The notes: a model not told the origin generated them from the sequence alone. Positions 1-8,814 are shown, counted from the first letter of the stretch. The stretch is DNA of 40,984 nucleotides from Verrucomicrobiia bacterium (GCA_041482195.1 JBGPDH010000003.1:1-40984), one strand, 5' to 3'. Numbers and translations are program-made.

Positions 1-1719
1 ACCAATAAACCGTTCGTGTGTGCCCAGCGGCGCCCGATGGATGCAAAGCGGCGTCTTCTCCACGTTGTCTTTGTCGCGATAAACCAGGCCGAAACGCTTG
101 GGCACGGCAAAATCCACCTGGTTGGTGGCCAGCGTGAATTCGCGGCCGATGACGCTCCAGACCTGCACGTCAATCTTCGGGCCGTAAAACGCCGCCTCGT
201 TCGGCACCTCCACGTAGGGGATTTTCGAATCGATGAGCGTCTGGCGGACCATGTCTTCGGTCTGTTTCCACAATTCCGGTTCGTTGACGAATTTGGCGTT
301 ATCGCCGGTCAGGCGCGACGGGTCGTGCGTGCTGAAGCGCATCACATACTTGTCGATGCCAAAAATCTTGAAATACTTCAGATACATTTCGTTGACTGCA
401 TTAAATTCCGCGGCGAATTGTTCCGGTGTGCAATAGATGTGCGCATCATTCATATTTAAACTGCGGACGCGCATGAGGCCGAACAATTCGCCCGACTGCT
501 CGTAGCGGTAGCAGGTGCCGTATTCGGCCAGCCGCAACGGCAAATCGCGGTAACTGCGTGGTTCCGCCGCAAAAATGCGGTGATGATGCGGGCAGTTCAT
601 GGCCTTCAAATAATAACGTTCAACGCCGTGTTTCGGATTATCAAAAGCCACGTGTTGGAACATTTGAACTTTCAATTGTTGCTGATCCTCCGGAGTTAAC
701 CCTGCAAAAAACTCTTCCGCCGTTTTCACCGGTTCTTGCCCTTTTTTAAAACTCTCTATCTTCTCCTTGTTTCGCTCGTAGATTTCGATGTTTTTTTCAC
801 GGGCGTGTTTTCCAATTAGCGTCAATATCGAATCTATCGTTGGCCATTCTCGTAGTTCCATTGGCGGAAACATTGACTCCGCGTAAAGAATTGGCAGATG
901 CCCGCTCGTCAAATACATTTTCTCCCGCGCGATATGCGGCGTTTTTACGCGCACGTAGCCGGCGGCGAATTCCGTTTCCTTCGCCAGCTTTTCCAGTTCC
1001 TCCAGGATCGCAGTGCCTTTGGGCAGCCAAAGCGGCAGGCCCGGCCCGACGAATTCGGTGTCAATCGCGAACAGCCCCATCTCCTGGCCGATCTTCCGGT
1101 GGTCGCGGCGCTTCGCCTCCTCGAGCATCTTGAAATACTCGTCGAGCTGGGTCTTGTTCTTGAACGCGGTGCCGTAGATCCGCTGGAGCTGCGGGTTGCG
1201 TTCGTCGCCCTTGTAATACGCGCTGGCCACGCTGGTGAGCTTGAATGCGCCAATGTTTCCGGTGCGCATCACGTGCGGCCCGGCGCACAGGTCAATAAAA
1301 TCGCCGTTCTTGAAATAGGTGATTTCCTCGCCTACAGGAATCGCCTCGAGATTGCCGAGCTTGAACCGGCTCGGATTGCCCGGCCGCTCGATCAAGCCGC
1401 CCAGCCGCCCGCTTTCGGAATCCTTGATGGCCTGCTCGCGAGTGACGACAATTTTCTCGAACGGATGGTTCGCCTTGATTTCCTTTTTCATCTCCGCCTC
1501 GATGGCTGCGAAATCCTCGGGCGAAATGCGGTGCTTCAAGTCCACGTCGTAGTAAAAGCCGTTTTCGACCGGCGGCCCGGCGGCAAATTGTGCCTCCGGC
1601 CAGAGGCGGAGGATGGCGGTGGCCATGACATGCGCGGCGGAATGCCGGAGCCGTTCCAGTTCGGTCATCTTCCCGCGGTCGTCGAGCGTCTTGCGTTCTT
1701 TTGGTTGGTCATCGGCCAT
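1..1719 (-). CDS. thrS: Threonine--tRNA ligase (3' end runs off the window; carries a 77-aa in-frame insertion)
   Basis: Missing from the ORF track because there is no stop in the window. Hand translation from the ATG at 1719 gives MADDQPKERK..RLRHSAAHVMA..DLCAGPH (editing domain)..RRDHRKIG..TSGHLP..YYLKAMNCPHH..YRYEQSGELFGLMRVR..EAAFYGPKID, all ThrRS motifs in one frame. Confidence 0.97.
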   Translation of the reverse strand, partial: MADDQPKERKTLDDRGKMTELERLRHSAAHVMATAILRLWPEAQFAAGPPVENGFYYDVDLKHRISPEDFAAIEAEMKKEIKANHPFEKIVVTREQAIKDSESGRLGGLIERPGNPSRFKLGNLEAIPVGEEITYFKNGDFIDLCAGPHVMRTGNIGAFKLTSVASAYYKGDERNPQLQRIYGTAFKNKTQLDEYFKMLEEAKRRDHRKIGQEMGLFAIDTEFVGPGLPLWLPKGTAILEELEKLAKETEFAAGYVRVKTPHIAREKMYLTSGHLPILYAESMFPPMELREWPTIDSILTLIGKHAREKNIEIYERNKEKIESFKKGQEPVKTAEEFFAGLTPEDQQQLKVQMFQHVAFDNPKHGVERYYLKAMNCPHHHRIFAAEPRSYRDLPLRLAEYGTCYRYEQSGELFGLMRVRSLNMNDAHIYCTPEQFAAEFNAVNEMYLKYFKIFGIDKYVMRFSTHDPSRLTGDNAKFVNEPELWKQTEDMVRQTLIDSKIPYVEVPNEAAFYGPKIDVQVWSVIGREFTLATNQVDFAVPKRFGLVYRDKDNVEKTPLCIHRAPLGTHERFIG

Positions 1720-1761
1720 GGCAAAAATTTAACAACAAAGGAGCGAAGAAACGAAGCCGAA

Positions 1762-1859
1762 AACATTCAACTTCCAACATTCAACTCTGAACACTCAAGG
1801 AACCGTCCGGCGGCCAATCCATTCGATCTTCAATGTTGAATATTGAATGTTCGCTGGTT
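1762..1859. repeat. Paired inverted heptamer tandem repeats (AACATTC-like x5 / GAATGTT-like x5)
   Basis: Left arm AACATTC AACTTCC AACATTC AACTCTG AACACTC at 1762-1796; right arm TTCGATC TTCAATG TTGAATA TTGAATG TTCGCTG at 1822-1856 approximates the reverse complement. Confidence 0.8.
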
Positions 1860-2032
1860 TTGCACATCACCGGCAGCACGCCTGGTGATCGGGGCAAAAT
1901 ACTCCACTGCAGTGCCGGCGGATTTCCGCTTGGATTCATATTGCCCATTCATTTCAGGTCACTTATGCTCAGGGCATTCCAAATGGGTTTTATTAATCCA
2001 TACCCACATCAACCAAACGGAAAGGTAAAAAT

Positions 2033-2530
2033 ATGAAACGCATCCTCGTTACCATAATCCTGGCCACTACTGTTTTCGGAGTGAGAGCCGACGACAACGG
2101 CAGCAGCAAATTCTTTCAGGCTGCCCTGACGCCTGACATCGCGCTGCAATCCAAGGACACGCGCATCAACGGCATCTCGCTGGCGATCTGGGGTGAGAAC
2201 CCGCAAAGCGCGTTTACCCTTGGCTTCGTCAACGGCAGCACGGGTATGAGCAGCGGACTGTCCTGGGGCATCGTCAACTATGCTGAAACCTACAAGGGCG
2301 TCCAGATCGGGTTGGTGAACACTTCCAGCGAACTGTTCGTCGGCGTGCAGGACGGTGTCGTCAACATAGCCAAGGACGCACGCGGTCTCCAATGGGGCGT
2401 GGTGAATTACACCGAAACCTTGAAAGGGGTGCAGCTTGGCCTGGTATGCATCGTCGACACCACTCCGTGGTTCAAGGAATTCCCGAACAAGCTCGCCAAA
2501 GGTTTTCCCTTTGTGAACTGGTCGTTCTAA
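2033..2530 (+). CDS. Secreted surface-repeat protein (LA_2272/VC2662-like, GxQxGxVN repeats)
   Basis: Signal peptide MKRILVTIILATTVFGVRA, about six 15-aa repeats (GLSWGIVN, GVQIGLVN, GVQDGVVN, GLQWGVVN, GVQLGLVC) and C-terminal FPFVNWSF. Confidence 0.8.
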   Translation: MKRILVTIILATTVFGVRADDNGSSKFFQAALTPDIALQSKDTRINGISLAIWGENPQSAFTLGFVNGSTGMSSGLSWGIVNYAETYKGVQIGLVNTSSELFVGVQDGVVNIAKDARGLQWGVVNYTETLKGVQLGLVCIVDTTPWFKEFPNKLAKGFPFVNWSF

Positions 2531-2558
2531 GCGGGAAGTCAAATAGGGTTGGTTTTAC

Positions 2559-2586
2559 AGGGGTGGCTCTGGCCACCTCTTTTTTT
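2559..2586 (+). terminator. Intrinsic terminator
   Basis: GGGGTGGC-TCTG-GCCACCTC hairpin followed by T7, about 30 nt after the stop at 2530. Confidence 0.75.
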
Positions 2587-2638
2587 CGCTCCCGCTTTCG
2601 CCGGTCCATTCAAGGTTGTGCATGGGAAATGTGTCGCT

Positions 2639-3814
2639 TTAACGCGCAGTTTTCCAGATTCCCAGCAGTGCGGCGAAGCCGCACAACAACAGGCCGCTCA
2701 CGGCAATCGCGCTGCTGTCCTGGTATTGCGGCAGGAATTGCAGCGACAAGGCACCGACCGCCGGGCCGACACAGTTGCCCAGGCCAATCGCTGCTTCATG
2801 AATCCCCCCGTGTTCGCTTCTGGTATCGCCCGCGTCCATCGAATAAAACAGCGACGAATAGTAAATCAGGCCGGCCCCGGCCCCGAAAAAGATTTGCGCG
2901 GCAATCAGCGCGTAAAGATTCGGCGACATCAAAATCGCCGCGAACGATAGAATCAGAATGGCGAAGGCCGTGGCCAGCCACCGGAATTTGTAATGCCATT
3001 TTGTCCAATGCCAGAGCGTGACAAAGGCACCAAGTCGGACAAAACACCAGAGCGTGCAAATGAAACCCGCGAACATCGGTGATAGATGGAACCTGGCCGC
3101 GATCCCGGGAATTACGGCGATGAGCGTCTGAATGGCAATATAGGCGAATGGATTGGCCAGCCAGGCCATTTTCAGGAAGGTCTTCGCGTAAGGCGATGCC
3201 GGTTGATGTGGTTGGCGTGGGGCAGCGGATTGATGCAATGCTTCGCGCGCCAGTTCCGTTGCATGGCGTTGCAGCCAAAATGTCAGAGCCAGCATGACCA
3301 CCACCAACACCAGCGGGAGCCAGAAAAGGATTTTGTATCCGCCTTTTTCGATGAGCGTACCGCCAATGAAGTAGGCGATGGCATTGGTGACCGCCCAGGT
3401 AACGTTGTATATGCCGACGATGCGCGGCAGACCAACGGTGTCCTCACCCTCGGTGACCAGCCCCTCGATCGTCGGCCAAATCAAACACATGCCGATGGTA
3501 ACGATGGCAGCGATGAAGACTTCTTCGCCGGCAGTATTCAAAAACAGTCCTACCGCAAGGGAAACGGCCATGATGCTGAAGCCGAGCTTGAGCGCCAGAA
3601 AATGGCCGAAACGCTGGGCAAATTTTCCCGCCTGCCACGAGGCAATCAGGTAAATGAACCCCAGAAACGCCGCGAGCGCGAGATTGCGTTTATTGCCGAA
3701 GCCGAAAGCGTCGCGCATGAAAAAGTAGAGATAATTGAAATAGAGTACGGTAGCGAAGGAATTGATTCCTTCGATGGTAAAACAGGTGAATTTGATTTTC
3801 TGGCGCGCGGTCAT
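2639..3814 (-). CDS. MFS transporter
   Basis: About 12 hydrophobic segments and a motif A-like AGKFAQRFG. Start moved to ATG 3814, which overlaps the NUDIX stop (TGATG). Confidence 0.85.
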   Translation of the reverse strand: MTARQKIKFTCFTIEGINSFATVLYFNYLYFFMRDAFGFGNKRNLALAAFLGFIYLIASWQAGKFAQRFGHFLALKLGFSIMAVSLAVGLFLNTAGEEVFIAAIVTIGMCLIWPTIEGLVTEGEDTVGLPRIVGIYNVTWAVTNAIAYFIGGTLIEKGGYKILFWLPLVLVVVMLALTFWLQRHATELAREALHQSAAPRQPHQPASPYAKTFLKMAWLANPFAYIAIQTLIAVIPGIAARFHLSPMFAGFICTLWCFVRLGAFVTLWHWTKWHYKFRWLATAFAILILSFAAILMSPNLYALIAAQIFFGAGAGLIYYSSLFYSMDAGDTRSEHGGIHEAAIGLGNCVGPAVGALSLQFLPQYQDSSAIAVSGLLLCGFAALLGIWKTAR

Positions 3815-4308
3815 CAGCAGATTTCTTCGATCGCTTTGCGGCAATACCATTTGACCGCGTCGCACATCGGCGGCTGAAGCTTGTCCAAATCGGCGGAAGA
3901 ACACCAGCGAATGTCATGATGCTCATCAGTCGCTAAAACGGGATCGGTAACGGCATTGGACGGCGAAGCCTGGTGGCCCGGCGGTGCTACCGCCGGCCGG
4001 GCCCAATAAATCATGCCGATGTGCTCGTGGGTGTCGGTGATGCGATGGAGGTCGAGGAACCGCGGTGCGATGAGGGCGCGTGTGCCCGGCGATGTCGTGG
4101 GCGGACGATCACCGGGCAATTCCACGTCCAGTCCGCTTTCTTCCTTCGCCTCGCGCAATGCGGCCTGCTCCGGGTCCTCGTCCAATTCGATGTGCCCGCC
4201 CAGCGGCAACCATCTGCCGAGCTTCCGATGGTGGATGGGCAATACCCGGCCATCCTGAACGACAAACATCGCGACAGTGAAATCAATTTTTTCGTGAATA
4301 TGGGCCAA
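3814..4308 (-). CDS. NUDIX hydrolase
   Basis: Nudix box GGHIELDEDPEQAALREAKEESGL. Probable TTG start at 4308 (AHIHEKIDFTV); the start is uncertain. Confidence 0.85.
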   Translation of the reverse strand: MAHIHEKIDFTVAMFVVQDGRVLPIHHRKLGRWLPLGGHIELDEDPEQAALREAKEESGLDVELPGDRPPTTSPGTRALIAPRFLDLHRITDTHEHIGMIYWARPAVAPPGHQASPSNAVTDPVLATDEHHDIRWCSSADLDKLQPPMCDAVKWYCRKAIEEIC

Positions 4309-4430
4309 GAGACTCGTCGAAGGCGTAAATCCTGGGTCGTTACACCGGTGGAGGATAGCCGCCGGCTGGAAATGCTCAAATTCAAAGGAAAATGGCCGAA
4401 AACCCATTTATTTAAAAATCAAAAAAACCG

Positions 4431-4477
4431 TTGACAGAATGGCGATTTCCAGTAACATACCAACTAGTCTGTATGTT
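4431..4477 (+). promoter_or_regulatory. Sigma70 promoter of tetR overlapped by a palindromic operator
   Basis: TTGACA (4431-4436)-N16-TAACAT (4453-4458). The imperfect palindrome AACATACCAACTAGTCTGTATGTT (4454-4477) covers the -10 element and the ATG at 4473. Confidence 0.75.
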
Positions 4478-5135
4478 GAATCGAATCGCATCCACTGATG
4501 TGCCGGAAACGAAACGCAAGCTCGTGAACGCAGGCGTCAAACTCATGCGCGCCCGCGGCTATAACGCCACGACCGTGGACGAAATCTGCGCCGACGCCGG
4601 TGTGACCAAGGGCGGCTTCTTTCATTATTTCAAGAGTAAGGACGAAATCGCGCGTACCGCCTTGACCCATTTCTACGAGGACAGAATGAAAACCTATAAA
4701 GACGCGCCGTTCCGCAAGCTGGCGGATCCGCTCGACCGCGTTTTCGGCCGGTTGGATTTTGTCAAGACCTCTGTCGGCGGGGATCATCATGTGACCAAGG
4801 GTTGCCTGATCGGCATGTTCGCCCAGGAGCTGGCCGTCACCAACCCGGAAATCGGGAGTGTCTGCCAGAATTTCTTCTCGCGCATGGTCCGCGATTTTTC
4901 TCATGACCTCGCGGAAGCGAAAGCCGCGCATGCGCCCAATGCCGGATTCGAGCCGGAAGCCTTGGCGCGATCTTATCTGGCCATCGTGCAAGGTTCGCTG
5001 ATGCTGGCGAAGATCGCTGGAAACAACGATGTGTTACATGAGAACATTGAACAGTTCCGCAGTTACTTGAAATTGTTGTTCGAACTGACCGACGCAAAAC
5101 CAACCGCTCGGCCAGCCAGCCGGGTGCGGACTTAA
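4473..5135 (+). CDS. TetR/AcrR family regulator (NemR-like)
   Basis: HTH GYNATTVDEICADAGVTKGGFFHYFKSKDEI and a C-terminal GCLIG motif. Start placed at ATG 4473, downstream of the promoter. Confidence 0.92.
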   Translation: MLNRIASTDVPETKRKLVNAGVKLMRARGYNATTVDEICADAGVTKGGFFHYFKSKDEIARTALTHFYEDRMKTYKDAPFRKLADPLDRVFGRLDFVKTSVGGDHHVTKGCLIGMFAQELAVTNPEIGSVCQNFFSRMVRDFSHDLAEAKAAHAPNAGFEPEALARSYLAIVQGSLMLAKIAGNNDVLHENIEQFRSYLKLLFELTDAKPTARPASRVRT

Positions 5136-5187
5136 CAACGAGGATGAATCCATGAAAAGCCAAAACCACCACTCGTGGGCATTGGAT

Positions 5188-5207
5188 AGATACCAACCGG
5201 TCGGTCT
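5188..5207. promoter_or_regulatory. Second putative TetR operator upstream of the emrA-like gene
   Basis: AGATACCAACCGGTCGGTCT matches ACATACCAACTAGTCTGTAT (4455-4474) at 15 of 20 positions. Confidence 0.65.
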
Positions 5208-5249
5208 TTTTGATCCGATCCGCAACCGGTTTTTGAAAATAACCAGCCT

Positions 5250-6428
5250 ATGAACACTCCCAGCCTCTCTACTGACATAAACGAAACTGCCCGCGTCAAC
5301 CTGTCAGCGCCGCCGCTCGCCATGCCGGGGCAGACAAAGCAGGTGAACCGTTTTGAATTTGAGGGCGAAATAGATCTGGAGTCACTGAACCAGAATCGCA
5401 AACCGTCCTTCAGGCGCGTTGCCCTTTTCACGTTGGCGTTCCTTGCCGTAATCGGCGTCACCGGCGCCAGTTACTACTGGTGGACGGTTGGGCGGTTCAT
5501 CGAAAGCACCGACGATGCCTTTGTCGGCGGTGACGTGACCGTGATTGCCCCGAAGGTCGCCGGTTTCATTTCCCGGATCGCCGTGGCCGACAACCAGGAG
5601 GTCCACGCGGGCGATTTGTTGCTCAAATTGGACGACCGGGATTATCGCGCGGCGCTGGCGAAGGCCGAAGCCGCCGTCTCCCTTCAAAAAGCAACTTTGA
5701 AGAATATCGAAGCGACCCGGCATTTACAGGAAGCTTTCGTTACTCAGGCACAGGCAGAAATTGCTGCGACGGACGCGGAAATCACCCGCACCCATGATGA
5801 CCAAATCCGTTACAAAAATCTCGCCGCGAGCGGAACCGAATCCGCCCAAAGTTTTGAGAATGCGGATACTGCCTATAAACAGGCACTGGCCGACGGCGAA
5901 AAATCGCGGGCCGCATTAACGGCCGCACAGCGGCAGTTGGAGGTCATCGCTACCCAAAGACAGCAGGCACAGGCAGCTCTCGATGCTGCCACCGCCGAAC
6001 GCGATCTCGCTCGCCTGGATTTGAGCTACACGGAATTGCGCGCTCCGATAGACGGTATCATCGGCAACCGCAGCGCGCAGGTCGGCGCTTATGCGACGGC
6101 TGGCTCGCAGTTGCTTTCACTCGTGCCGACGCACGGACTGTGGATTGACGCGAACTTCAAGGAAAACCAGCTCGCTCAATTCCATCCCGGTTCACCCGCG
6201 ACGGTGAAAATTGATCTGTTCGGCCGGAAAAATTTCCGTGGCTGGGTCGTGAGCATTGCCCCAGCGACCGGTGCGCAATTCAGTGTATTGCCGGCGGAAA
6301 ATGCGACCGGCAATTTCACCAAAATCGTCCAGCGGGTCGCCGTACGGATTCAACTCGATGACGAATCGGCCTTGTTGGGCCAATTGCGTCCCGGGCTTTC
6401 GGTGATGGCCAGGGTCAAGACCAAATAA
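5250..6428 (+). CDS. HlyD/EmrA-family membrane fusion protein
   Basis: STDDAFV, lipoyl-like halves, a coiled-coil hairpin and FSVLPAENATGNFTKIVQRV. Confidence 0.93.
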   Translation: MNTPSLSTDINETARVNLSAPPLAMPGQTKQVNRFEFEGEIDLESLNQNRKPSFRRVALFTLAFLAVIGVTGASYYWWTVGRFIESTDDAFVGGDVTVIAPKVAGFISRIAVADNQEVHAGDLLLKLDDRDYRAALAKAEAAVSLQKATLKNIEATRHLQEAFVTQAQAEIAATDAEITRTHDDQIRYKNLAASGTESAQSFENADTAYKQALADGEKSRAALTAAQRQLEVIATQRQQAQAALDAATAERDLARLDLSYTELRAPIDGIIGNRSAQVGAYATAGSQLLSLVPTHGLWIDANFKENQLAQFHPGSPATVKIDLFGRKNFRGWVVSIAPATGAQFSVLPAENATGNFTKIVQRVAVRIQLDDESALLGQLRPGLSVMARVKTK

Positions 6429-6438
6429 GACTGGTTTC

Positions 6439-8004
6439 ATGAGTACTGCCGCTCAACCGCCGGTGCGCGCCAAAGACATTCTGCCGTTTGTCGTGATGTG
6501 CATCGGGATGTTTATGGCGCTGCTGGACATTCAAATCGTTGCCTCGTCATTGCCGGACATCGGCGGCGGTTTGTCTGCCGCGCAGGATCAGATCAGTTGG
6601 GTGCAGACGGCGTATCTCATTGCCGAAATTTGCATGATTCCACTTTCGGGCTGGTTGACGCGCGTGTTTTCGACACGCTGGCTGTTCACGGCTTCAGCCG
6701 CCGGCTTCACGCTGGCGAGCCTGTTGTGCGGCGCGGCGTGGAACATCGAAAGCATGATCGTGTTTCGCGCACTGCAAGGACTGCTGGGCGCTTCGATGAT
6801 CCCGACCGTGTTCACCTCGTCGTTCCATTATTTCCAGGGAACGCGCCGTGTTTATTCGGCGGCAGTCATCGGTACGATTGCCTCCGTTGCGCCGACGCTC
6901 GGCCCGGTCATCGGCGGCTGGATCACCGACACGCTGGACTGGCGCTGGCTTTTTTACATCAACCTTTTGCCCGGAGCGCTGGTCGCCGCGTTGACACCGC
7001 TGCTGGTGAAAATTGACAAGTCGGATCTTGCACTGCTCAAAGACGCGGACTATCCCGGAATGGCTTTGATGGCTATCGGCCTCGGCAGTCTGCAATACGT
7101 TTTGGAAGAAGGTGCGCGCTGGAACTGGTTTGACGACGTGACCATCACAACGTTCACCTTCATTGCGGCATTCGCAGGTATTCTGTTCGTCATCCGCAGC
7201 CTGACCTATGCCCATCCGGTCGTTGATCTGCGCGCGCTGACCAATCGCAATTTTCTGGTCGGTTGCCTTTTGTCGTTCATGACCGGCGTGGGCATGTTTG
7301 CGACGATCTTCCTGACGCCGCTGTTTCTCGGCTACGTTCGCGGCTACAGCGCGTCGCAAATCGGCGTCGCCATCGCCTCCACCGGCGCCGCCTCGCTGAT
7401 CGGCATTCCGGTTTATATCGCGCTGGCGAAACGGTTCGACACGCGCTGGCTGATGATGTTCGGGTTGGCGCTGTTCGCGCTTTCGATGTGGAGTTTCAGC
7501 GGCATTACCCACGATTGGGGTGCGGGCGAACTGTTCGTACCGCAATTTCTGCGCGGGTTTCCACAAGTATTCGTTGTCGCGCCCGCCGTGACGCTCGGCC
7601 TGGGCAGTTTGCCGCCGGAACGGTTGAAATATGCCAGCGGCCTGTTCAATATGATGCGAAACCTCGGCGGCGCCATCGGCATCGCTGCCTGCGCGACGAT
7701 TCTAAACGACCGCACGAACCTGCATTTTCTCCGGTTGGCCGAGCATTTGAATTCCACGAATTCTTCCCTGCAGCAGATGTTGCAGCAAATGAGCGCGAAA
7801 TTTTCCGCCGTCACCGGCGATGCCATTCATGGGCATGCGGCTGCGTTGAAAGAACTCTGGAAGCTCACTTACCGCGAAGCCCAGGTCCAGACGTTTGCCG
7901 ACGCTTTTCTCGTCATTGGTGTCTGCCTCGCCATGGCTGCGCTGATCACACCGCTGCTGAAAAAAGTCGCCGCGCCGGTCACGCCGCCGGCGGACGCGCA
8001 TTGA
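6439..8004 (+). CDS. DHA2-family (EmrB/QacA) MFS efflux permease
   Basis: FMALLDIQIV, WVQTAYL, GPVIGGWIT, WRWLFYIN and ASGLFNMMRNLGG motifs; 14-TM pattern. Confidence 0.93.
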   Translation: MSTAAQPPVRAKDILPFVVMCIGMFMALLDIQIVASSLPDIGGGLSAAQDQISWVQTAYLIAEICMIPLSGWLTRVFSTRWLFTASAAGFTLASLLCGAAWNIESMIVFRALQGLLGASMIPTVFTSSFHYFQGTRRVYSAAVIGTIASVAPTLGPVIGGWITDTLDWRWLFYINLLPGALVAALTPLLVKIDKSDLALLKDADYPGMALMAIGLGSLQYVLEEGARWNWFDDVTITTFTFIAAFAGILFVIRSLTYAHPVVDLRALTNRNFLVGCLLSFMTGVGMFATIFLTPLFLGYVRGYSASQIGVAIASTGAASLIGIPVYIALAKRFDTRWLMMFGLALFALSMWSFSGITHDWGAGELFVPQFLRGFPQVFVVAPAVTLGLGSLPPERLKYASGLFNMMRNLGGAIGIAACATILNDRTNLHFLRLAEHLNSTNSSLQQMLQQMSAKFSAVTGDAIHGHAAALKELWKLTYREAQVQTFADAFLVIGVCLAMAALITPLLKKVAAPVTPPADAH

Positions 8005-8209
8005 ACACTTTAAGATTAGCACTTTCAAAGAAACAACAACCCTACCCGGAAACGAAGACAGTCATGAGCACGAGTAAAAGGCTCACCGTTGAAAGCTTTG
8101 TCGCCGGCGGCGGGTTTGTTGATCGAAATGGTTGATCGTTCAAAACGCCCGGACAGTTATCCGGGCGTTTCTCTTCTGAATGCATTGCGTCTGATGACAC
8201 GATCCAATT

Positions 8210-8710
8210 TCAGTAATCATATAACCCGCTGTCTTGCGTGTAACCGGCACCGCCCCGGCCGCCTGCCTCGCCGCCCATGAAATCGCCCAGCATGTCGCCC
8301 ATGTCGGCCTCAATTTTCTCCGGATCCTCGCCGGCTTCGAGCCGTTTGATGGCCACGTCGAGTTCCTTCGGCACGGAACCCGGCGGCATGAGGTCCTTCA
8401 TCTTTTTCATCATGTGCGCCATGTGCCGTGGATTGTTCTCGTCCAGGTGCTCCATGTCGCGTTCCATTTCCGCCATCGCGCGGGCCACGCGCGGGTCATC
8501 CAGGTCGGGCATCGGCGGGTCACCGGGTCCGACCTCGGTATTAGCAGCCGGCTCGGCCAGTTTGCGCGTCATGGCAAAACGGCTGACCTGCTTGGACATG
8601 TGTTTATTGCCGCACTTGGGACAAACCGGGAGACGGTCGGGATTCACGCGCCTGGAGAGGAAGCTGTAAATCCTCCGGCACTTCGGGCAGGCAAATTCGT
8701 ATATCGGCAT
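8210..8710 (-). CDS. FmdB-family zinc-ribbon protein with a Met/acidic-rich helical C-terminus
   Basis: MPIYEFACPKC...CPKCG N-terminus. Confidence 0.85.
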   Translation of the reverse strand: MPIYEFACPKCRRIYSFLSRRVNPDRLPVCPKCGNKHMSKQVSRFAMTRKLAEPAANTEVGPGDPPMPDLDDPRVARAMAEMERDMEHLDENNPRHMAHMMKKMKDLMPPGSVPKELDVAIKRLEAGEDPEKIEADMGDMLGDFMGGEAGGRGGAGYTQDSGLYDY

Positions 8711-8714
8711 CGCA

Positions 8715-8804
8715 ATTTACGATTCACGATTTACTATTTACGCGCCATTAAAAAATTACGAGCCAGGGAAATCCACAGGCTCGTACGTCGTGTATCGTAA
8801 ATCG
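8715..8804. repeat. Paired inverted heptamer tandem repeats (ATTTACG-like x4 / TCGTAAA-like x3)
   Basis: ATTTACG ATTCACG ATTTACT ATTTACG at 8715-8742 and TCGTACG TCGTGTA TCGTAAA TCG at 8781-8804, with an inner TACGAGCC/GGCTCGTA stem. Confidence 0.8.
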
Positions 8805-8814
8805 CCAATGAAAG

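Noticed and set aside
622-852. ThrRS insert as an intein or intron
   Set aside because: It is too short, has no N-terminal Cys/Ser or C-terminal His-Asn, shows no visible intron structure, and the frame is open.
898-1839. 313-aa plus-strand ORF (also 16-459)
   Set aside because: Antisense shadow of thrS in GC-rich DNA.
1720-2030. T-box or riboswitch upstream of thrS
   Set aside because: No T-box consensus or terminator/antiterminator was recognised; only the repeat arrays are present.
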